DNA from: Candidatus Nomurabacteria bacterium | GTDB taxonomy: Bacteria; Patescibacteriota; Minisyncoccia; Phycocordibacterales; UBA918 | NCBI GenBank assembly: GCA_020632155.1 | Contig: JACKGE010000001.1 | Coordinates: 156,011 to 220,010 of the forward strand | Reading direction: 5' to 3' | Length of the DNA: 64,000 bases | Shown: one piece after another, positions 9,331 to 19,086 of the stretch | How the letters are laid out: the number at the start of each line of letters is the position of its first letter | Position numbering within the stretch: position 1 is the stretch's first letter | Program-made: the position numbers and the translations under genes | Notes under the pieces: model-generated | What the model saw: only the letters and a program-made list of their open reading frames with translations | What the model was told of the DNA's origin: nothing | The model's database searches: none

Positions 9331-10416
9331 ATGCTAGGCGCGATACAAAGTATTTTGGTGTTAGTGCTGACCAGCTATTTAAGTGTGGTCAACTCGTTAG
9401 CGTATGCCATAGAGTCCATACTTCCAGCTGAGCAAACACCAACAGAAATTGCTGAGAAAGCTGCAGAAGAAACTGATGAAATATCAACCCTCCCCTCTTC
9501 ATACGAAAGAGGCGGATTACTGCCCGACATTCTCATCAAAAATGCTGCCTACCAAAAAGCGGCGGTCATCGAAGGTACAGGCAATGCGGAAACTGCCTCT
9601 TCTCTCACCGACGCTCTTGTAAATATCTATTGCACCTTCACTACCGACACCTACGTTAAAACCACTACCGGAACCGGCTTTTTTGTGAGCGACAGTGGTG
9701 TCATTCTTACCAACGCCCACGTAGCTATGTTCTTGCTGCTTGAGGACATTGAAGAAGCGGGTAAATCAAAATGCGTGGTACGTACTGGCAGCCCTGCTGA
9801 ACCCACCTATCTAGCTGACCTCCTCTATATCTCACCAGCATGGATAAACCGCAACGCAGCCGTTATAAGCGCTAGTGTACCTAAGGGAACCGGTGAGCGT
9901 GACTACGCCCTTCTCTACGTCACTAGTACGCTTGATAGCACTCCAACACCAGCCCACTTCCCGTTTCTTAGTGTAAATAGTGACCTTGTCAGCCAAAGCC
10001 TGACTGATGCCACTGTAACCATTGGCGGTTACCCAGCCAGCAAAACTGCAGCAGGTCTGTCAGTAACTCAGGCCACCAGTAGCACGTCGATTGCAGAGAT
10101 ATATACCTTCGGCACGAAATATGGCGACCTACTAGCTCTTCGCGGCAGTCCCGTTGGTGAGCACGGCATCTCAGGTGGACCAGTCATAAATGAAGACAAT
10201 GAGGCTATTGGCCTCATTAGCACCAAAGGTGATCAGGAGGAGCTTGGTACTGGCAGCCTTAATGCCATTACCCTGTCATATATAAACCGTACCCTTATCG
10301 AGGAGACTGGGTTTGGCTTTGCATCAAGTATTGCCGGTGACCTTCATTTTCGTGCCCAAATATTCCGCGAAACACTGCGGCCATTCCTAGGACAAATACT
10401 CTCAGACGAGATATAA
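9331..10416 (+). CDS. Trypsin-like (S1/chymotrypsin-fold) serine protease, membrane-anchored or secreted, no PDZ domain
   Basis: TNAHV (catalytic His region) and GISGGPV (GDSGG-like Ser motif); N-terminal hydrophobic segment. Confidence 0.65.
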   Translation: MLGAIQSILVLVLTSYLSVVNSLAYAIESILPAEQTPTEIAEKAAEETDEISTLPSSYERGGLLPDILIKNAAYQKAAVIEGTGNAETASSLTDALVNIYCTFTTDTYVKTTTGTGFFVSDSGVILTNAHVAMFLLLEDIEEAGKSKCVVRTGSPAEPTYLADLLYISPAWINRNAAVISASVPKGTGERDYALLYVTSTLDSTPTPAHFPFLSVNSDLVSQSLTDATVTIGGYPASKTAAGLSVTQATSSTSIAEIYTFGTKYGDLLALRGSPVGEHGISGGPVINEDNEAIGLISTKGDQEELGTGSLNAITLSYINRTLIEETGFGFASSIAGDLHFRAQIFRETLRPFLGQILSDEI

Positions 10417-10444
10417 AAAGTGCGGTCACCGGCCGCACTTTTTA
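10415..10444. terminator. Bidirectional terminator between the protease gene (+) and the MscS gene (-)
   Basis: aaaaagtgcggtcaccggccgcacttttt. Confidence 0.6.
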
Positions 10445-10447
10445 TAT

Positions 10448-11563
10448 CTAGCTAATGGCTCGGTGATAAATGGTCTGCGTTGGGTAGGCAAATTCGATAC
10501 CCGCCTCGGCAAACTGCTGCATGAGAGAAAAGTTTATCTGCTGCTGCGCATTGAGGTATGCCGTGTAGTCAGATGAATCAATAAAGTACACCACCTCAAA
10601 GAGTAGTGCCGAGTCACCAAAACTAGTGAAGTGCGATCGATCAAAGCGTAGGCCTTCGGCCTGCCCCACTGCTTTCTCTACCATAGCGTTCACTTGTTCT
10701 AACTTCTCGTACGCTGTTTCGTAGGTCACCCCAAAACTAAAGACGATACGTCGTTCCTGCATACGCTTAAAGTTCTGAACACGAGTAGCGGTCAGCTCAG
10801 CGTTACTGACCACAAGTTCCTCACCCTGCAGCGTGCGTATACGCGTGGTTTTGATACCAATACGCTCTACCGTACCAGAGTGCTCACCAATAACGATGTA
10901 GTCTCCAACCCGAAATGGCTTATCGAAGTAGAGTGAAAAGGAACTAAAGAGGTCAGAAAGAATCCCTTGGAGGGCAAACGCAACTGCGATACCACCAATA
11001 CCGAGTCCGGCAATAAGTGATGTCACCTCAACCCCAAGGTTTGAGAGGAGGAAAATACCACCAAAGCCCCACAGAATGATGCGCGCCAGCAGCGTTACCA
11101 TATGGGTAGCGGTAGCGGCATTTGGATCTACTACCCCATCGCCGTCTTCGTCTTTGTGGAGCATCCGCTGGGCTGCGTAGTCGACAAAACAAGTTGCTAC
11201 CTCGATTAATTGCCACACTACCGAAAAGAGAAAGCCGCCAAGCAACATGGTGCTGAGAAGGGCTGGTAGCGTAAACACCTGCAACGCTATATATACAGAA
11301 ATAATCGTGTACACCCAGCTACGCACGCCGGAGACTGCACTAATGAAGACATCATCAATGTCAATACTGGTCTTCTTAGAGAGAGCAACGAGACGACTGA
11401 GCACAATAGCGCGCAGTGCCCAGAAGGCGACATTTAAGACAATAAAAATACCAAGGGCCAATAAAGCGCGGGTAACATCCAGTGATCCCAAATACGGAAC
11501 TGAGACGACTATATCTGGCACATGAGCCAACAAAGCTTCTAACTGCAGTGATTCCATAGACAA
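10448..11563 (-). CDS. Mechanosensitive ion channel, MscS family
   Basis: TM3 and beta-domain pattern (…GIGGIAVAFALQGILSDLFS… FRVGDYIVIGEHSGTVERIGIKTTRIRT). Confidence 0.8.
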   Translation of the reverse strand: MSMESLQLEALLAHVPDIVVSVPYLGSLDVTRALLALGIFIVLNVAFWALRAIVLSRLVALSKKTSIDIDDVFISAVSGVRSWVYTIISVYIALQVFTLPALLSTMLLGGFLFSVVWQLIEVATCFVDYAAQRMLHKDEDGDGVVDPNAATATHMVTLLARIILWGFGGIFLLSNLGVEVTSLIAGLGIGGIAVAFALQGILSDLFSSFSLYFDKPFRVGDYIVIGEHSGTVERIGIKTTRIRTLQGEELVVSNAELTATRVQNFKRMQERRIVFSFGVTYETAYEKLEQVNAMVEKAVGQAEGLRFDRSHFTSFGDSALLFEVVYFIDSSDYTAYLNAQQQINFSLMQQFAEAGIEFAYPTQTIYHRAIS

Positions 11564-11685
11564 AATTAACTTACCAATGACCGCATCCTAGCAAACTGAG
11601 CCTGATTTGCCAGTTTTAGGAAAAGAAAAAGGGCGACATTGTTGCCGCCCTTACATCACATGATGTTCAGTTGCCGACAGGCAAC

Positions 11686-11894
11686 CTAGAGTGAAACACA
11701 ACCGGACTCGACCCGAGAAGCTGGAGGACAGGCGGAAACCTCGACATACCCCCCCGAGTCGTAGCCGACAGCCGGCGGGAAATGGTTTCGGCGTGCCGCA
11801 TCGAACTCATCGGTGCCTTTCTGATAGCCGAGACCGATGAGGATCTCTTCCACCTCTTTCTCGGTAAAGACCTGGCCTGCTGCGTACATTTTGT
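11686..11894 (-). CDS. Small hypothetical protein (69 aa, MYAAGQVFTEKEVEEILIGLGYQKG…); start moved from 12009 to the internal ATG
   Basis: GAGGAG Shine-Dalgarno 9 nt upstream of ATG 11892-11894; the longer ORF-track version would have to read through two strong hairpins. Confidence 0.3.
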
Positions 11895-11952
11895 CCTTCT
11901 CCTCTTTTCTTGCGGTACCTCGCCGCATCTTGCAGGTGCGCCTTATTGCGAC

Positions 11953-11990
11953 CTGCCGAGCCGAAAATACTTGTATTTTCGGCTCGGCAG
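11953..11990. promoter_or_regulatory. Perfect 17 bp-stem palindrome (ctgccgagccgaaaatac ttg tattttcggctcggcag) in the leader of the small ORF and mscS operon
   Basis: Exact inverted repeat; no flanking T-tract, so more likely an operator or processing/attenuator structure than a terminator. Confidence 0.5.
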
Positions 11991-12007
11991 CCAACAACGT
12001 TTCAAAC

Positions 12008-12037
12008 AAAAGACCGGCCCTTACGAGCCGGTCTTTT
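12008..12037. terminator. Hairpin flanked by an A-run and a T-run (bidirectional terminator-like)
   Basis: aaaagaccggc ccttacga gccggtctttt. Confidence 0.55.
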
Positions 12038-12259
12038 GTGAAGTGCTTTTCAAGCTACACACGAACCGGCTCGCGTAAGGGTGCGAGAACCACGAGCAGA
12101 ATAAAGAGTGGCCAACTCATCTTAAGCGCAGTGTCTGTGTATGCTTGCTGCATATAAGGCCAATATACTGCGCTCCTATAGGGCTGTCAACGACAATAGA
12201 TATTGCCAGATGTGCAAAAGTCAGTATAGTGAGGCCGTATCATATAAGTTCAACGCTCT

Positions 12260-12943
12260 TTGAAAGGCAGAAGCGAAATGGACGCCATTGTTAAACCTCC
12301 TGAAGGCTATGCTCACGGCGATGTGACAGTTGTCAACCATCCGCTCATACTACACAAGCTGACGCTGATGCGGAATAAAGAGACCAGCACTGGTCTCTTT
12401 CGTCAGTTACTGCGTGAAATTTCGCTGCTGCTCTGCTACGAGGTGACGCGCAACCTTCCCTTAACCACCGAGCAGATCGAAACGCCGCTCTGTGAGATGG
12501 AAGCTCCCGTCATTGCGGGCAAGAAACTGATCTTCGCCTCCATCTTGCGGGCCGGCAACGGACTGCTTGAAGGCATGCTCGACCTCGTACCCTCGGCGCG
12601 AGTGGCGCACATCGGCCTCTACCGCGATCATGAAACACTGGAGCCGAAGGAGTACTACTTCAAGGCACCGGAGGATATCGCCGACCGCCTCACGATCGTC
12701 GTCGATCCGATGTTGGCTACGGCTGGTTCGTCTATTGCAGCAGTACAACGCCTCAAAGACCGCGGCGCCAACCAGTTGCGCTTCTTGTGTCTGCTGGCAG
12801 CGCCCGAGGGCATCGAGCGGTTCACCTCCGCCCATCCCGACGTGCCGGTCTATACCGCCGCCATCGACAAGCACTTGAACGACAAGGGCTATATCGTGCC
12901 GGGACTCGGCGATGCCGGCGACCGCATGTACGGTACCAAGTGA
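12260..12943 (+). CDS. upp: Uracil phosphoribosyltransferase
   Basis: Near-colinear with E. coli Upp ([10 protein letters not shown]…ILRAG…VDPMLATGGS…[17 protein letters not shown]); the start may be MDAIV at 12278. Confidence 0.9.
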   Translation: MKGRSEMDAIVKPPEGYAHGDVTVVNHPLILHKLTLMRNKETSTGLFRQLLREISLLLCYEVTRNLPLTTEQIETPLCEMEAPVIAGKKLIFASILRAGNGLLEGMLDLVPSARVAHIGLYRDHETLEPKEYYFKAPEDIADRLTIVVDPMLATAGSSIAAVQRLKDRGANQLRFLCLLAAPEGIERFTSAHPDVPVYTAAIDKHLNDKGYIVPGLGDAGDRMYGTK

Positions 12944-12972
12944 CAAGCTGCCGGTCACCCGTACGCAACGCA

Positions 12973-13012
12973 AAAGGCCGCCCGTGTATACATGGGCGGC
13001 CCTTTCTTTTTT
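12973..13012. terminator. Bidirectional terminator between upp (+) and the anti-sigma-like gene (-)
   Basis: ggccgccc gtgtatacat gggcggcc then ctttctttttt. Confidence 0.75.
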
Positions 13013-13016
13013 ATAG

Positions 13017-14483
13017 TTACCGTAGTGGATTTTGTATCGAGATACCAGCTTCAAGTTCAACACTGGCTTCAGCCGAAGCGCTACTTCCTGCTGAGCTCTC
13101 GGTGCTGCTGGCACGTCCCTCAGTACTCGTGGCGCGGTCATCGGTGCTGGTAGCATTGTCAGTGTATTCATCACCATTTTCTGAATCTGTACCTTCTTCT
13201 GACGGCTCCGTTGGTGTATCGGGTGTACCGAGGTCGAGTTTAACTAGGATGGCCAAGTCATGAGCATAATTCTGCGCTTCAGTTCCAGCTGCCTCAGCCG
13301 CAATTATATTGCGCTCTGAAAGTGAAGTGGTCGCAAGGGCAATATTAGTGCGAAGCTCCTCAAGACCTACTGCCGCCTTAGCAGCAACATCAACGCGTAG
13401 CTCGGGGAAGATATCAGAAACCATAGATTCAATCTTCTCTGCCTCTTCGACTTGCTTTTCTATCACCGTGGCGCGCTCATCGAACGTCAAGGTAACCGGT
13501 ACGAGCTCATCAATAGCGACGTTCTCACGCACATCGATGTTGGTCATAAAACTAATGAGTTTTCGTGTATCAGCGAGGGCGACCGCTAACACATTAGTAG
13601 CTGGCTGATCGTTGGCCTTCAGCTCACGTGCTTCTTCAAGCTTGCGCTCGATATCTTGCAGACGGCGTTCAACGTCTGCTCGCTCCTCCGCTGAAGCGAT
13701 GTCTTCAATACTATTGAAATATTCGTAGGCACTCGTGGTCTCAAGCTCAAGGCGCGCCATAAGCTTTTCGTACGATACACCTTCACCAGACTGCGCTACC
13801 GCTGATTTGCGCACCTCGTCAACCGCGCCAGCAATAGCAAGAACGGAACGGCCACCAGTGGTAGTGGTTGCAGTTGCATCTTTTTCAATATCATTCTCGA
13901 GCACCTCCGACTGGACCTCAAGGGCTGAGGCAAAAGCAATCTCAGCAATGGTGGCTTCGTCGTTATCACTCTCACGCAAGGTAGCTATCTCGCGCTGCGC
14001 TGCATCACTATGACTCTTTACCGCTTCTGCTACTTCTGCCTCTACTTCCGGTGTGAGTTTACCCTCACTAGCAAGCAGACGTGCCTCAGCAATACGACGC
14101 TCCAAGCGCTTTGTTTCCCACTCTACCTTAGCGTAGGGTGAGAATGACAAAGAGCTGCGAACCTCTTCATTGAACTGCACTTTAACTGGATATAGTACAT
14201 CTCCCGGTACTGAACGTTCAGCCATAAGTGGCACAGCAATCAAAATCAGTGTAGCAAAGGCGCCAACAAATTTGCTTACTTGGACCATATCGATTCGCAC
14301 CATAGCAAACGGTGCGGTCTTAAGGGTAGAAATATCTTTCTTAGGAGCTTCCCTGCGGACATCAGCTGCGAGCGGGTGGTATTCCATGTATGAAACAACA
14401 CGATCACGAAGCTCACTACGCTCAATAGCGCTGAGTTTCACCGTTTCGGCCTTTTTCTTTAGTTGTTCGCTGAATCTCTTCAT
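13017..14483 (-). CDS. Putative anti-sigma factor or membrane protein encoded directly downstream of an ECF sigma gene (single TM, long coiled-coil and acidic Ser/Thr-rich C-terminal region)
   Basis: Start placed at MKRFSEQ, 8 nt after the sigma-gene stop; one TM helix (FVGAFATLILIAVPLMA); the operon context is the only basis for the anti-sigma label. Confidence 0.4.
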   Translation of the reverse strand: MKRFSEQLKKKAETVKLSAIERSELRDRVVSYMEYHPLAADVRREAPKKDISTLKTAPFAMVRIDMVQVSKFVGAFATLILIAVPLMAERSVPGDVLYPVKVQFNEEVRSSLSFSPYAKVEWETKRLERRIAEARLLASEGKLTPEVEAEVAEAVKSHSDAAQREIATLRESDNDEATIAEIAFASALEVQSEVLENDIEKDATATTTTGGRSVLAIAGAVDEVRKSAVAQSGEGVSYEKLMARLELETTSAYEYFNSIEDIASAEERADVERRLQDIERKLEEARELKANDQPATNVLAVALADTRKLISFMTNIDVRENVAIDELVPVTLTFDERATVIEKQVEEAEKIESMVSDIFPELRVDVAAKAAVGLEELRTNIALATTSLSERNIIAAEAAGTEAQNYAHDLAILVKLDLGTPDTPTEPSEEGTDSENGDEYTDNATSTDDRATSTEGRASSTESSAGSSASAEASVELEAGISIQNPLR

Positions 14484-14490
14484 GGTTGAT

Positions 14491-15135
14491 TTATGTGTTC
14501 TTCTTCTGGTTAAGAAGACGTTTCTCGTCACGACTTCTTTCTTCTCGTTCGATCATGATCCGCAGGGTCTTAAGACCACGGTGGATACGGACCGAGACGA
14601 CGTTTTCTGTCTCTTCGATAAGCTCGCTTATCTCTTTAGGACCGAGCCCATCGACAAAACGTAAGATGAGGACCTCACGGTACTCGTCGGGCAAGGTCTC
14701 TAACTGTTCAAAGGCCTTGCGACCATCTATGGTCGCTGCCAAAGAGTCGACATTATCCTCCGATAGCTCGTCAAACAAGCCTTCGTCTATTCCCTCCTGA
14801 TCGAGGATGGCATCGAGTGACGCCTCCTTGCGCTTGCGGTACTCATCAATGATGAGGTTATTGAGGACTTTGTATAAGAAAGGGCGAAAGTTTTCAATCT
14901 CGTGGCCACTGCGTACGTATGACCATACCTTGGTATACGTGTCGTGGACGAGGTCAATGGCCTTTTCGCGATCACTGATGCGGAGCTTCGCATGGCGAAA
15001 CAGGGCATCATTATAGTCCTCAAATGCTTGCAAAAAACGCTCCTCGTGGCTCTCACCTTTATGGCCTGTGCTTCCCTTTGCTACCATGCAAGAACCATTA
15101 TAGCTGATGACGGCCCAATTACCCCTTTCTTTCAC
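14491..15135 (-). CDS. ECF-type sigma-70 family RNA polymerase sigma factor (regions 2 and 4)
   Basis: DLVHDTYTKVW (region 2.2-like) and LPDEYREVLILRFVDGLGPKEISELIEETENVVSVRIHRGLKTLR (region 4 HTH); the start may be the internal MVAKGS. Confidence 0.75.
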   Translation of the reverse strand: MKERGNWAVISYNGSCMVAKGSTGHKGESHEERFLQAFEDYNDALFRHAKLRISDREKAIDLVHDTYTKVWSYVRSGHEIENFRPFLYKVLNNLIIDEYRKRKEASLDAILDQEGIDEGLFDELSEDNVDSLAATIDGRKAFEQLETLPDEYREVLILRFVDGLGPKEISELIEETENVVSVRIHRGLKTLRIMIEREERSRDEKRLLNQKKNT

Positions 15136-15206
15136 AAAATCGCCCTATTTGGCAATGATTCTAGAAGAACGCAAGCTGGGCGAGGCTCCGCCTCGCCCAA
15201 CCGCCC

Positions 15207-15827
15207 CTACCCCCAAAGCCCCTTGATATGCTCCACCAGCTCCGGAAACTCCTCAATGAGGAAGTGGTTCTTGTCTTCAAAAGTTACTAATTGTGAGCCT
15301 GGCATAGCTTCATGAAGTAGTGAAGCATTTGCAAACGGTACAAGAAAATCATCTTCTGAGTGCATTACCGTTACCGTTTCGGCCTTTTTCGGAATATTTC
15401 TGAGAGCTGACATATTAAAGACGAAATCACCACAATCTTCACCATTAAAATCCAGTTCTTCCCTTGTGGCTGGAGAAGCCATTAAAATAATGCTCTTGAT
15501 ACTGACAGGTGCTGTATTCTCCGAAAAATATTTATACAAGAACATGGCCCCGAGCGAGCAGCCGATTATAACGACTCCATCACGCAGGTACTCAAAGTGC
15601 CGCTCAAACCATATCTTCCATTCCTCGTATTTCGCATTTTGTGAATTAGGCATCCGTGGTGTAAATACCTCAAAATCGTCTCCAAGGTCTCTAGCGAGCG
15701 TCTGCGTCCATTTCTTTTTTTCGGTCCCTGGAAGGTCCCAGATATCTTTAGTTTGCAGACGGTTAATAAAACTATCATACTCACTATAGGATTCACCGCC
15801 ATGTATATAGAAAACCTGCTTTTTCAT
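15207..15827 (-). CDS. Alpha/beta-hydrolase fold serine hydrolase, function unknown; AT-rich gene
   Basis: Nucleophile elbow GCSLGA (GxSxG); a His near the C-terminus; low GC. Confidence 0.5.
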   Translation of the reverse strand: MKKQVFYIHGGESYSEYDSFINRLQTKDIWDLPGTEKKKWTQTLARDLGDDFEVFTPRMPNSQNAKYEEWKIWFERHFEYLRDGVVIIGCSLGAMFLYKYFSENTAPVSIKSIILMASPATREELDFNGEDCGDFVFNMSALRNIPKKAETVTVMHSEDDFLVPFANASLLHEAMPGSQLVTFEDKNHFLIEEFPELVEHIKGLWG

Positions 15828-15958
15828 AACATCACTGCTTTAATTCTTAAATTTAACTGTAGTTCGAGGCGCGCAAGCGTAGTAACACGAGACGTATGTG
15901 GTATACGGTGAGTGTTGCGGAGGCGTAGGGCAACAAAGAAATACTTTAAATTTACGGA

Positions 15959-16882
15959 TTAAAGCCACTTGATACGCTTAAACGACCATACCACCAGCGA
16001 CACCACCATGGCAATAAACACCATAATGAGCCAGAAACCGTACGGATGCTCAGCGAGCGGCAATGGCACGTTCATACCATAGAGCGACGCCACGATGGTC
16101 GGGATAGTAAGGAGAATGGTAAGGACTGTGAGGGTACGAATGGTGGCGTTTAGATTGTTGGTAAGAATCGCCTCCGACGCACCGCGCACGTTTTGGATGG
16201 TTTTAAGGACCGAGCGCGCTGATTCTACCAACTGTGAGTTGGCAATCATCAGGTCCTCCATCAGTTCCACATCCTCGGTGTACATTTGCATGTAGTTGCC
16301 GCCGGTTATCTGATTGAGCCACGTTGTCGTCGGCACAACAGCAGCCACAAAGTCGTTGAGTTGATGTTCATAGTTCACAAAGCGGACAATCTCCTTGTTA
16401 CCGATTGAACGCAGTCGAGCTCGGTCGCGGTGCACACTACGGCGGAGGCCCACCAGCTTACGCTCAAAGGAAGTGGTAATAGCTCCCATCATCTGGATGA
16501 ATAGCTTGGCTTTCTGAGTCGTATGAATTGCTTCTTTCCCGTCAATAAAACGCTTGAACTGCGGCACTTCTCGCGGTGAGACAGTAAGCACAAATGACTC
16601 ACCCATTACAATAAGGAGCGGCGCGGTGTCGACATCTTCCTCTTCCTGATCAAACGGGTAGCGCGTGAAAAAATACGTTACTCCCCCGCTCTTTTCCATA
16701 CGCGGCACCTCAAAGAAGTCACGCGCGTCCTGTAGTGTAGCTTCATCAAGCGCAAACTCTTTAACGAGGAACTCAATGTCTTCGTCTGTCGGCGCGACTG
16801 CGTACGTCCACACGCCACTGCGCGGCGCATCAAGCACCTTCACCTCCTCGTCTTTCACCGTCTGAAAATAATGTGTGATCAT
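15959..16882 (-). CDS. corA: CorA-family Mg2+/Co2+ transporter
   Basis: C-terminal two TM helices with the YGMNV (GMN) signature. Confidence 0.8.
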   Translation of the reverse strand: MITHYFQTVKDEEVKVLDAPRSGVWTYAVAPTDEDIEFLVKEFALDEATLQDARDFFEVPRMEKSGGVTYFFTRYPFDQEEEDVDTAPLLIVMGESFVLTVSPREVPQFKRFIDGKEAIHTTQKAKLFIQMMGAITTSFERKLVGLRRSVHRDRARLRSIGNKEIVRFVNYEHQLNDFVAAVVPTTTWLNQITGGNYMQMYTEDVELMEDLMIANSQLVESARSVLKTIQNVRGASEAILTNNLNATIRTLTVLTILLTIPTIVASLYGMNVPLPLAEHPYGFWLIMVFIAMVVSLVVWSFKRIKWL

Positions 16883-17310
16883 AGCTCTACGTTGTTAGAA
16901 AAATACTTATCAAGCGCGCGTCTATATTCGGGATGAAAAACTTGCTCTTCAATCTGTTCTTTCGATATCCATCTATACTCTGATAATTCTCCGGTATCAA
17001 GTGTTATCTGATTCGAACCTTCCTTTAAACTAGCCTCGAAGACAAGCAATAGTGCTCTGGCATTATAACTCGGATGAATAAACTGTTCTGAATACACCAG
17101 CGCACCTATCTCAATATCCAAACCTAATTCCTCAAACACCTCTCTACTAAGTCCTTCGTGAGCAGACTCTTCAACATTTAGGTGTCCCCCAGGCAACTCC
17201 CAAAGACCTGCGTCGTTAATGCCGTGAGTTACCAAAATATTACCTTTGTTTGAGATAATTACTTTTTGAGCAACACGACCTACAAAATTCTCCTCAAAAT
17301 CAGACTTCAC
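16879..17310 (-). CDS. NUDIX hydrolase (second copy in the window)
   Basis: Nudix box GGHLNVEESAHEGLSREVFEELGL; overlaps the corA start by 4 nt. Confidence 0.75.
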   Translation of the reverse strand: MKSDFEENFVGRVAQKVIISNKGNILVTHGINDAGLWELPGGHLNVEESAHEGLSREVFEELGLDIEIGALVYSEQFIHPSYNARALLLVFEASLKEGSNQITLDTGELSEYRWISKEQIEEQVFHPEYRRALDKYFSNNVEL

Positions 17311-17319
17311 TATCCCATT

Positions 17320-18198
17320 CTAACCCAGCAACGCCAGCGCTGCCACGGACAAAATAACCGCCACTGCTTTTTGTAGATTCCAGTGCTCGTTGTAAAAGAT
17401 GATAGAGAGTACAATCGGAATGAGAATGTACATCGAGTGAACAGTCTGGACTACCGCCAATGTACCACCGTGTGCAAAAGCATAGAGCATAAAACCAAGA
17501 GCTACGGTCACAAGGGTTGAACGTAGACCTCCAGCCAAGATTAGACCAACGCTGGTCTCTGTTTTTATAAGCTCTAAAAGCTTGCTAGTTCCCTTCTTAT
17601 AAATAGCAAGAATAATGCTACCAAAGACCACACCAAAATTTGTCCAAAACAGAATCGTGACAAATAACACGCCCTCTTCAGTGGCTAATTTATTAAGTGA
17701 TGCAGTTGTTGCAGAAGCAACGCCGGTAACCAAAACCAATACTAAGCCCAGCAACAAGTTATTCTGCCGAGTACTCTCTACTTTTGTAATTAGAAGTAAC
17801 GGTACGATAAGGCCGAGAATAAGGCCGAACCACTCTACGTACGTAAAAGATTCAGAAAAGAAAACCACTCCAACAACAATGGCAATAGCTGGTGCTAGGA
17901 GTTTAAAAAGCGGGAAATAAATTGTTGAATCAATAAATCTAAGGGCGTGAACCTTGAAGATATTTGTGGTTGCTGCAATGAATCCTCCAACAAAGACTAG
18001 GCCCAGTACCCACTGGTGCACAAAAAGTGGTTGGGAAAACATATATAAAAACAACAATACAAGTGGTACTGAGATAAGCGAACCATACAGGGTAAACAGT
18101 TCAGCATTGTAGTTTCTAGTCGCTGCCTGTTTGAAGTAGAAATTACTTAAACCAGCAAACAACGCTCCGGCTAGTGCACTTACAAACCAAATTTCCAT
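17320..18198 (-). CDS. EamA/DMT-superfamily transporter (10 TM)
   Basis: Duplicated 5-TM EamA-like topology; start chosen at MEIWFV, with a TATACT -10 box about 7 nt upstream (leaderless-like). Confidence 0.6.
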   Translation of the reverse strand: MEIWFVSALAGALFAGLSNFYFKQAATRNYNAELFTLYGSLISVPLVLLFLYMFSQPLFVHQWVLGLVFVGGFIAATTNIFKVHALRFIDSTIYFPLFKLLAPAIAIVVGVVFFSESFTYVEWFGLILGLIVPLLLITKVESTRQNNLLLGLVLVLVTGVASATTASLNKLATEEGVLFVTILFWTNFGVVFGSIILAIYKKGTSKLLELIKTETSVGLILAGGLRSTLVTVALGFMLYAFAHGGTLAVVQTVHSMYILIPIVLSIIFYNEHWNLQKAVAVILSVAALALLG

Positions 18199-18356
18199 CG
18201 CGTAAGTATAGCAGTAAGATTGTTCTCTATCTCGCTCGCAATTTCGCAAAAGTGATGGTATGATTTGGCACGCGAAATTGTCTGTAAAATTAGGAGACGT
18301 ACATGATCGTCTGAGTCGGCATTACACTCAACGAAAACAGTCTCCCAGACTGTTTT

Positions 18357-18427
18357 CGGGGTGTAGCATAATGGTAGTGTACGCGGTTTGGGACCGTGTG
18401 GCCCGGGTTCGATTCCCGGCTCCCCGA
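18357..18427 (+). tRNA. tRNA-Pro (anticodon UGG); one T-T mismatch in the acceptor stem
   Basis: CGGGGTG…CGCGG TTTGGGA CCGTG…CCGGG TTCGATT CCCGG CTCCCCG A. Confidence 0.65.
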
Positions 18428-18478
18428 CACTGACAGAAAGCAGTAGATACTTGTTACCTACTGTTTTCTATTGCCAAA

Positions 18479-18496
18479 ATGTTTCACGTGGAACAT
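18479..18496. promoter_or_regulatory. Near-palindromic motif atgtttcacgtggaacat (copy 1 of the TGTTTCACGTGAAACA family), with an imperfect copy at 18506-18520
   Basis: Shares the TTTCACGTG core with the perfect palindrome at 19087-19110. Confidence 0.45.
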
Positions 18497-18572
18497 ACTT
18501 ACCCTGTTTCATGTGCAACAGCTTGCTGCAACAACGCTTTAAGGACAGTTGTCCTTTATATAAGACCTTCGC

Positions 18573-19028
18573 TTAATTGCTAATATTTTCAATGAATTCT
18601 ACCTTTGCAAACTTTTCTTCCGATACCAAACGCACAGAAATAACGTCTATTTGCCAGTTTCCCGTGTAACTATGCTCCAAGATCCACGTTTCTAAGGCTT
18701 TTTCTATTTGATGCAGCTTGAATTGATGCACTTGCTCCTCCGGCCGCCATGTTTCATGTGTAACGGCCGCTTCTAAGGCAGCTTTTGATTCGTAGGACAG
18801 AGTCTTCACTTCAATGAAATGAACCATGCTCTCCGGTAAAGCGTTTCTGAGCGAGAATGTATTTGTTTCCCGTGTAACATCATCAACCTTTGAGGCTACT
18901 ATATCGATCTCACCCCATTTCTTCCAGTAGTTTTGCTCTAAAACTATAAAACCCTTGTTTTTAAGGTATTTAGAGGCTATTTGTTCACCAAGTTGCCCCA
19001 CTTCTTTGTTTTTCTGTTTGTTTCCCAT
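18573..19028 (-). CDS. yraN: YraN/UPF0102-family (PD-(D/E)xK-like) endonuclease
   Basis: GEQIASKYLKNKGFIVLEQNYWKKWGEIDIVA…VHFIEVKT matches the UPF0102 signature; start chosen at MGNKQK. Confidence 0.65.
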   Translation of the reverse strand: MGNKQKNKEVGQLGEQIASKYLKNKGFIVLEQNYWKKWGEIDIVASKVDDVTRETNTFSLRNALPESMVHFIEVKTLSYESKAALEAAVTHETWRPEEQVHQFKLHQIEKALETWILEHSYTGNWQIDVISVRLVSEEKFAKVEFIENISN

Positions 19029-19086
19029 GAAACTATATCTCAGTATACCTGAGGCACAGTAGCAGCGTTTCATGGGAAACCACTTT

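Noticed and set aside
12461-13263. Overlapping ORFs 12461-13177 (-), 12567-12878 (+) and 12787-13263 (+) across upp and its terminator
   Set aside because: They are artefacts of the GC-rich upp sequence, and upp itself is unambiguous. They read through the strong terminator hairpin and yield Arg/Pro/Ala-rich nonsense.
13309-14664. ORFs on the plus strand (13309-13608, 13735-14013 and 14170-14664) opposite the anti-sigma-like gene
   Set aside because: Antisense shadows with Ser/Ala/Thr low-complexity translations.
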